Assembly: GCA_009886305.1 (NCBI GenBank)
Contig: QXZO01000188.1
Coordinates: 7,612-37,015, forward strand
From: Betaproteobacteria bacterium
Lineage (GTDB): Bacteria > Pseudomonadota > Gammaproteobacteria > Burkholderiales > Eutrophovitaceae
Reading direction: 5' to 3'
DNA: 29,404 bases
The notes beneath the pieces were generated by a model. It worked only from the letters and a program-made list of their open reading frames with translations, was not told where the DNA came from and searched no databases. This document shows positions 26,028 through 29,404 of the stretch, one piece after another; position 1 is the first letter of the stretch; each line of letters starts with the position of its first letter. Both the position numbers and the translations under genes were made by a program.

Positions 26028-27323
26028 CTAATATTTACCATTTGCCGCCGTGACGCCTCGCTCAGTGTCGACCGTAAGTAATATTGCAAGACCTATGACA
26101 AACAACACAACTAGGGATAAAATCGCATTTCGGTGATCCCCTCCAGTCAGCCAAGTGAGTCCTCCATATGTGAGAGGCCCAATAATTGACGCACACTTGA
26201 CCGAAAAACCCCACAGCCCAAAAAACTCAGCCTGTCTGTTTATTGGCGTCAATACCGAGACAAACGCCCGAGCGTTAGATTGACAGGCTCCCAGCAACAA
26301 TCCCACAAGATTCGCTGCAATCCAGAAGCTTAATCTCTCATCAGACAGCCAAGCCAAAACAGTAGTAACAATCCATCCGCATAAGATGATGGCAAGTGAA
26401 TTTCGGTGACCGAGAACGTCATGTAGACGACCGAAAGTGTAAGCACCAAAAGCAGCCGTAACATTGACAACCATGATTAACAATATTGTCTCAGTAAAGG
26501 TGAATCCGATTACCTGTTGAGCATAAATAGCAGCTAGGGCTATTACCGCCTGCACTCCCCCTTGAAAAAAAACCGTACTTAGCAGAAAACGATGTAAATC
26601 AGTAAATCGATGGCGTTGACTGAACGTCTCCAAAAATCTTTTATTAACTGAAGCAACAGTTACTTTCGTTACCTTTATGCCATCACGGTCATTGAGATAG
26701 ATAAATGTAGGTAATGCGGCAACGACGAAAAGTAAGCCTGTGATAATTAACGTGATGGGTACATACTGCTCAGCCTCCCACCCTATGGCTTTCAACTCGG
26801 TAACAACAATGAGACACAACGCTAAGGTCAGTATTCCACCAACATATCCAACCGCCCACCCAACTCCAGATACACGACCAACTGTTTCCTTTTTCGCAAG
26901 ATCAGGTAGGTAAGACGCGATGACATTTTCACCAAGGCTGAAAAAGGTATTTGAAAAGATCAGAAATAGCGCAGCAAACCAAAGATCGCCTCGGCCTGCG
27001 TTTGACAAACAAACGGTACTTAAAGCACAGGCCAAAGTGAGTACTAATAAAACCCTCTTTCGCGATCCGCTCATGTCAACATAAGCACCGAGCAGTGGGC
27101 CCAAAAACATTACTATTAAGTAAGAAAGCGATAAAACTGATGTCCATAAGAAAGTGGCCCAAACAGCATTATCAGCAACTACAGACACGAAATACGCATT
27201 AAAAATTGCCGTAATGACGACTGTCGTATAACCAGAGTTAGCAAAATCATACATTGACCAAGCCCACAGATGACGTTTTGTATATCCGTCATTCAATAAA
27301 CTCGTTGTCTTGCTCCAACTCAA
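26028..27323 (-). CDS. MFS transporter, UMF1/ATG22-like
   Basis: WAWSMYDFANSGY, GRVSGVGWAVGYVGG, QSNARAF and EFFGLW. Confidence 0.88.
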   Translation of the reverse strand: MSWSKTTSLLNDGYTKRHLWAWSMYDFANSGYTTVVITAIFNAYFVSVVADNAVWATFLWTSVLSLSYLIVMFLGPLLGAYVDMSGSRKRVLLVLTLACALSTVCLSNAGRGDLWFAALFLIFSNTFFSLGENVIASYLPDLAKKETVGRVSGVGWAVGYVGGILTLALCLIVVTELKAIGWEAEQYVPITLIITGLLFVVAALPTFIYLNDRDGIKVTKVTVASVNKRFLETFSQRHRFTDLHRFLLSTVFFQGGVQAVIALAAIYAQQVIGFTFTETILLIMVVNVTAAFGAYTFGRLHDVLGHRNSLAIILCGWIVTTVLAWLSDERLSFWIAANLVGLLLGACQSNARAFVSVLTPINRQAEFFGLWGFSVKCASIIGPLTYGGLTWLTGGDHRNAILSLVVLFVIGLAILLTVDTERGVTAANGKY

Positions 27324-27372
27324 ATAAGCCTCCCCATTAAAATAATAAAAACCAACCGACCCTAAATCAATC

Positions 27373-28557
27373 TTAAATTATTTTACGACGCCGAAAATCT
27401 TCAATGTCTTCCGCTGTATATCCTGCCGCTCCTAATACATCATCAGTGTGCTGGCCGAGATCGGGCCCTAGCCAATTAGTTTCGCCCGGAGTATCCGATA
27501 ACTTTGGGACAATACCAGGTATCAGCAGAGTCTCGTCTTCTGATAACTTATGCTCTTGAATCATTTGTCTCGCGCGATAATGAACATCCGAGACAATATC
27601 AGTTACATCAAATATTTTCCCGGAAGGCACCTCAGCTTTCTCTAGAGCGCTTAGAACATCTTTAAGGTCTTTTGATGCACACCAAGCCCCTATAACTGCG
27701 TCTAACTCATCGCAGCGCTTCGCTCGTCCGTCGTTGTGCGAGAGGTTGGGGTCGTCAGCCAAATCCTCCCGCTCTATAGCAAGCATCATCCGCTTAAAAA
27801 TAGAATCACCGTTTGCACCAATTACTACGTACTTCTTGTCCTTGGTTAGATAGGAGTTCGAAGGGGCAATGCCTGGTAGCGATGAGCCTGTTCGCTCACG
27901 AACGAAGTCATAGTAGTCAAATTCTGGAACCATACTTTCCATAAGACTAAAAACCGCCTCATACAATGCAACATCTACGATTTGCCCCTTACCACTAGCC
28001 TCACGCTGTCTTAACGCCATTAAGGCGCCAATAACGCCGTATAGCGAGGCTATAGCATCACCCAAACTAATACCCACTCTTACCGGAGGTCGATCAGGAT
28101 AGCCCGTTACATGACGCAAACCACCCATGGCCTCACCAATTGCGCCGAACCCGGGCCTATCCCTATAAGGTCCTGTTTGCCCGTAACCTGATAAGCGAAC
28201 CATAACCAAACCGGGGTTCTCTTTCGCGAGCGTTTCATAATCTAAACCCCACTTCTCCATAGCACCCGGTCGAAAATTCTCCACAATTATATCTGCATCT
28301 TTCGCTAAACAGCGCACGATTTCCTGACCATCTCGCTCCTTTAAATTAATCGTTACTGATTGCTTATTTCTAGCTTGTAACAGCCACCAAAGAGACTTGT
28401 CTTTGTACAACTTTCTCCACTTTCTTAGCGGGTCACCCCCTTTAGGAGATTCGACCTTGATGACTTGTGCACCAAACTCCGCCATAACTCTCGTGCAAAA
28501 TGGACCCGCAATTAATTGGCCCAACTCGAGAACCTTTATATCTTTTAATGGTCCCAT
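27373..28557 (-). CDS. CaiB/BaiF family III CoA-transferase
   Basis: LKDIKVLELG, GAQVIKVESP.GGDPLR, RNKQSVTINLK, VENFRPG, SGYGQTGPY and LGQHTDDVL. Confidence 0.93.
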   Translation of the reverse strand: MGPLKDIKVLELGQLIAGPFCTRVMAEFGAQVIKVESPKGGDPLRKWRKLYKDKSLWWLLQARNKQSVTINLKERDGQEIVRCLAKDADIIVENFRPGAMEKWGLDYETLAKENPGLVMVRLSGYGQTGPYRDRPGFGAIGEAMGGLRHVTGYPDRPPVRVGISLGDAIASLYGVIGALMALRQREASGKGQIVDVALYEAVFSLMESMVPEFDYYDFVRERTGSSLPGIAPSNSYLTKDKKYVVIGANGDSIFKRMMLAIEREDLADDPNLSHNDGRAKRCDELDAVIGAWCASKDLKDVLSALEKAEVPSGKIFDVTDIVSDVHYRARQMIQEHKLSEDETLLIPGIVPKLSDTPGETNWLGPDLGQHTDDVLGAAGYTAEDIEDFRRRKII

Positions 28558-28625
28558 TTTTGTTATTCTATTAAATTCGTTTTATTAAAATGCAGTTACG
28601 ACTTCTGCTACGAGGATTTTTTCCA

Positions 28626-29162
28626 ATGCCAAAACAAATTTTAATCTTTCTTTTCACTTTACTATTCTCTCAAAATGCCATGTCTGATGATTGCCCCAAG
28701 GTACTGAACACCAACTTGACTAACCTAACCGGTGAGTCCGTCAATTTTTGTGACTATCGCGGTAAAGTCATATTAGCAGTGAACACAGCTAGCTATTGCG
28801 GAAATACTCCTCAATATGAAGCGCTGGAGGCCCTATTTCAGAAATATAGCACCAAAGATTTTGTTGTAATCGGTTTTCCGGCAAACAACTTTGGTAACCA
28901 AGAACCCGGGTCTAACGAAGACATACAGAATTTCTGCAAACTCAATTATGGAGTTAGTTTTCCAATGATCGAAAAAACGGATGTGGTAGGGCCCAACACC
29001 AATCCAGTGTTCAAGGAGCTGCAAGCTATGACCGGTGACGCGCCCCAGTGGAACTTCCACAAATATCTGATCTCTCGAGACGGTGAGCAAGCGTTTAGTT
29101 TTACAGCTTCGATGGATCCGATGAACGCAAAGCTCGTCAAGCAGCTGGAAGAGCTTCTTTAA
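28626..29162 (+). CDS. Glutathione peroxidase family protein (Cys-type, predicted exported)
   Basis: VNTASYCG with Cys encoded by TGC, GFPANNFGNQEPG and PQWNFHKYLI. Signal-like N-terminus from the ATG at 28626; the ORF track starts at 28590. Confidence 0.92.
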   Translation: MPKQILIFLFTLLFSQNAMSDDCPKVLNTNLTNLTGESVNFCDYRGKVILAVNTASYCGNTPQYEALEALFQKYSTKDFVVIGFPANNFGNQEPGSNEDIQNFCKLNYGVSFPMIEKTDVVGPNTNPVFKELQAMTGDAPQWNFHKYLISRDGEQAFSFTASMDPMNAKLVKQLEELL

Positions 29163-29197
29163 CCAGTGGACACTAGGCTAGTAGTTCGAGTTTAGGG

Positions 29198-29404
29198 TTA
29201 AAAACTGTCATATTCTCGAATAACTTGGCCGGCAAGAGGTGCCTGGTGTAACAAGCCCTCACCATCAGCTACTTTGTGACCGTTAACCCACACGCCATGG
29301 ACGCCAACAGATGGGGTTATCAAGCGTGAGGCACCTGACGGGAGATCGTGCAATCGTATGGAGGGGCCGCGATTAACTGTTTTAGGATCAAACAGGAGTA
29401 AGTC
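29198..29404 (-). CDS. C-terminal fragment of an amidohydrolase (N-acyl-D-amino-acid deacylase-like), truncated by the window edge
   Basis: My translation of the reverse complement gives DLLLFDPKTVNRGPSIRLHDLPSGASRLITPSVGVHGVWVNGHKVADGEGLLHQAPLAGQVIREYDSF*, with TAA at 29200-29198. The DL..FDP, DLP.GA.RL and V.VNG motifs are typical of this family. Not in the ORF track. Confidence 0.75.
   Translation of the reverse strand, partial: DLLLFDPKTVNRGPSIRLHDLPSGASRLITPSVGVHGVWVNGHKVADGEGLLHQAPLAGQVIREYDSF

Noticed and set aside
28780-28805. Selenocysteine in the glutathione peroxidase
   Set aside because: The active-site codon is TGC (Cys) and the ORF has no in-frame TGA.
304-29140. The many 60-200 aa alternative-frame and antisense ORFs in the track (e.g. 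725-1114, 6613-7029, 10908-11498, 21675-22037)
   Set aside because: They lie wholly or almost wholly over well-supported genes and show no family motifs, so they are treated as shadow ORFs.
29163-29197. tRNA fragment suggested by GTTCGAGT
   Set aside because: No T-arm stem, acceptor stem or CCA end. It is a 35-bp gap between convergent genes.
1-29404. CRISPR array, insertion sequence, prophage or anti-phage defence system
   Set aside because: I saw no repeat-spacer array, transposase, integrase, terminal inverted repeats or defence-type domains. The GIY-YIG protein is of the repair type.

Overview
Gene-dense, AT-leaning bacterial chromosomal segment with about 30 CDS, the last one cut by the right edge. 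I found no rRNA, tRNA, CRISPR array, transposase, integrase or phage gene. The pmbA-yjgA-mog arrangement and a DUF3460 protein point to a Betaproteobacterium (inference). Content is mostly stand-alone catabolic, redox and transport genes: serine hydrolase, SDR, di-haem oxidoreductase, FrnE-like DsbA, LtaE, acetamidase/formamidase, VOC, fasciclin, LLM monooxygenase, CitE-like lyase, MarR-EmrAB, HCCA isomerase/kappa-GST, IlvA, a DEDDh-GIY-YIG nuclease, PcaD-like hydrolase, AraD1, DAHP synthase, two further MFS transporters, CaiB, GPx and an amidohydrolase. The most interesting candidates are: (1) a 15-bp-periodic operator array between marR-emrAB(-citE-like) and a divergent kappa-GST-like gene, overlapping a sigma70-like promoter; (2) a signal-peptide-bearing acetamidase/formamidase next to an exported half-size TAXI-like protein and ltaE; (3) a di-haem oxidoreductase without its usual imelysin partners; (4) a structured 334-bp VOC/fasciclin intergenic region. 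All protein calls come from motif recognition by eye; no database search was run.
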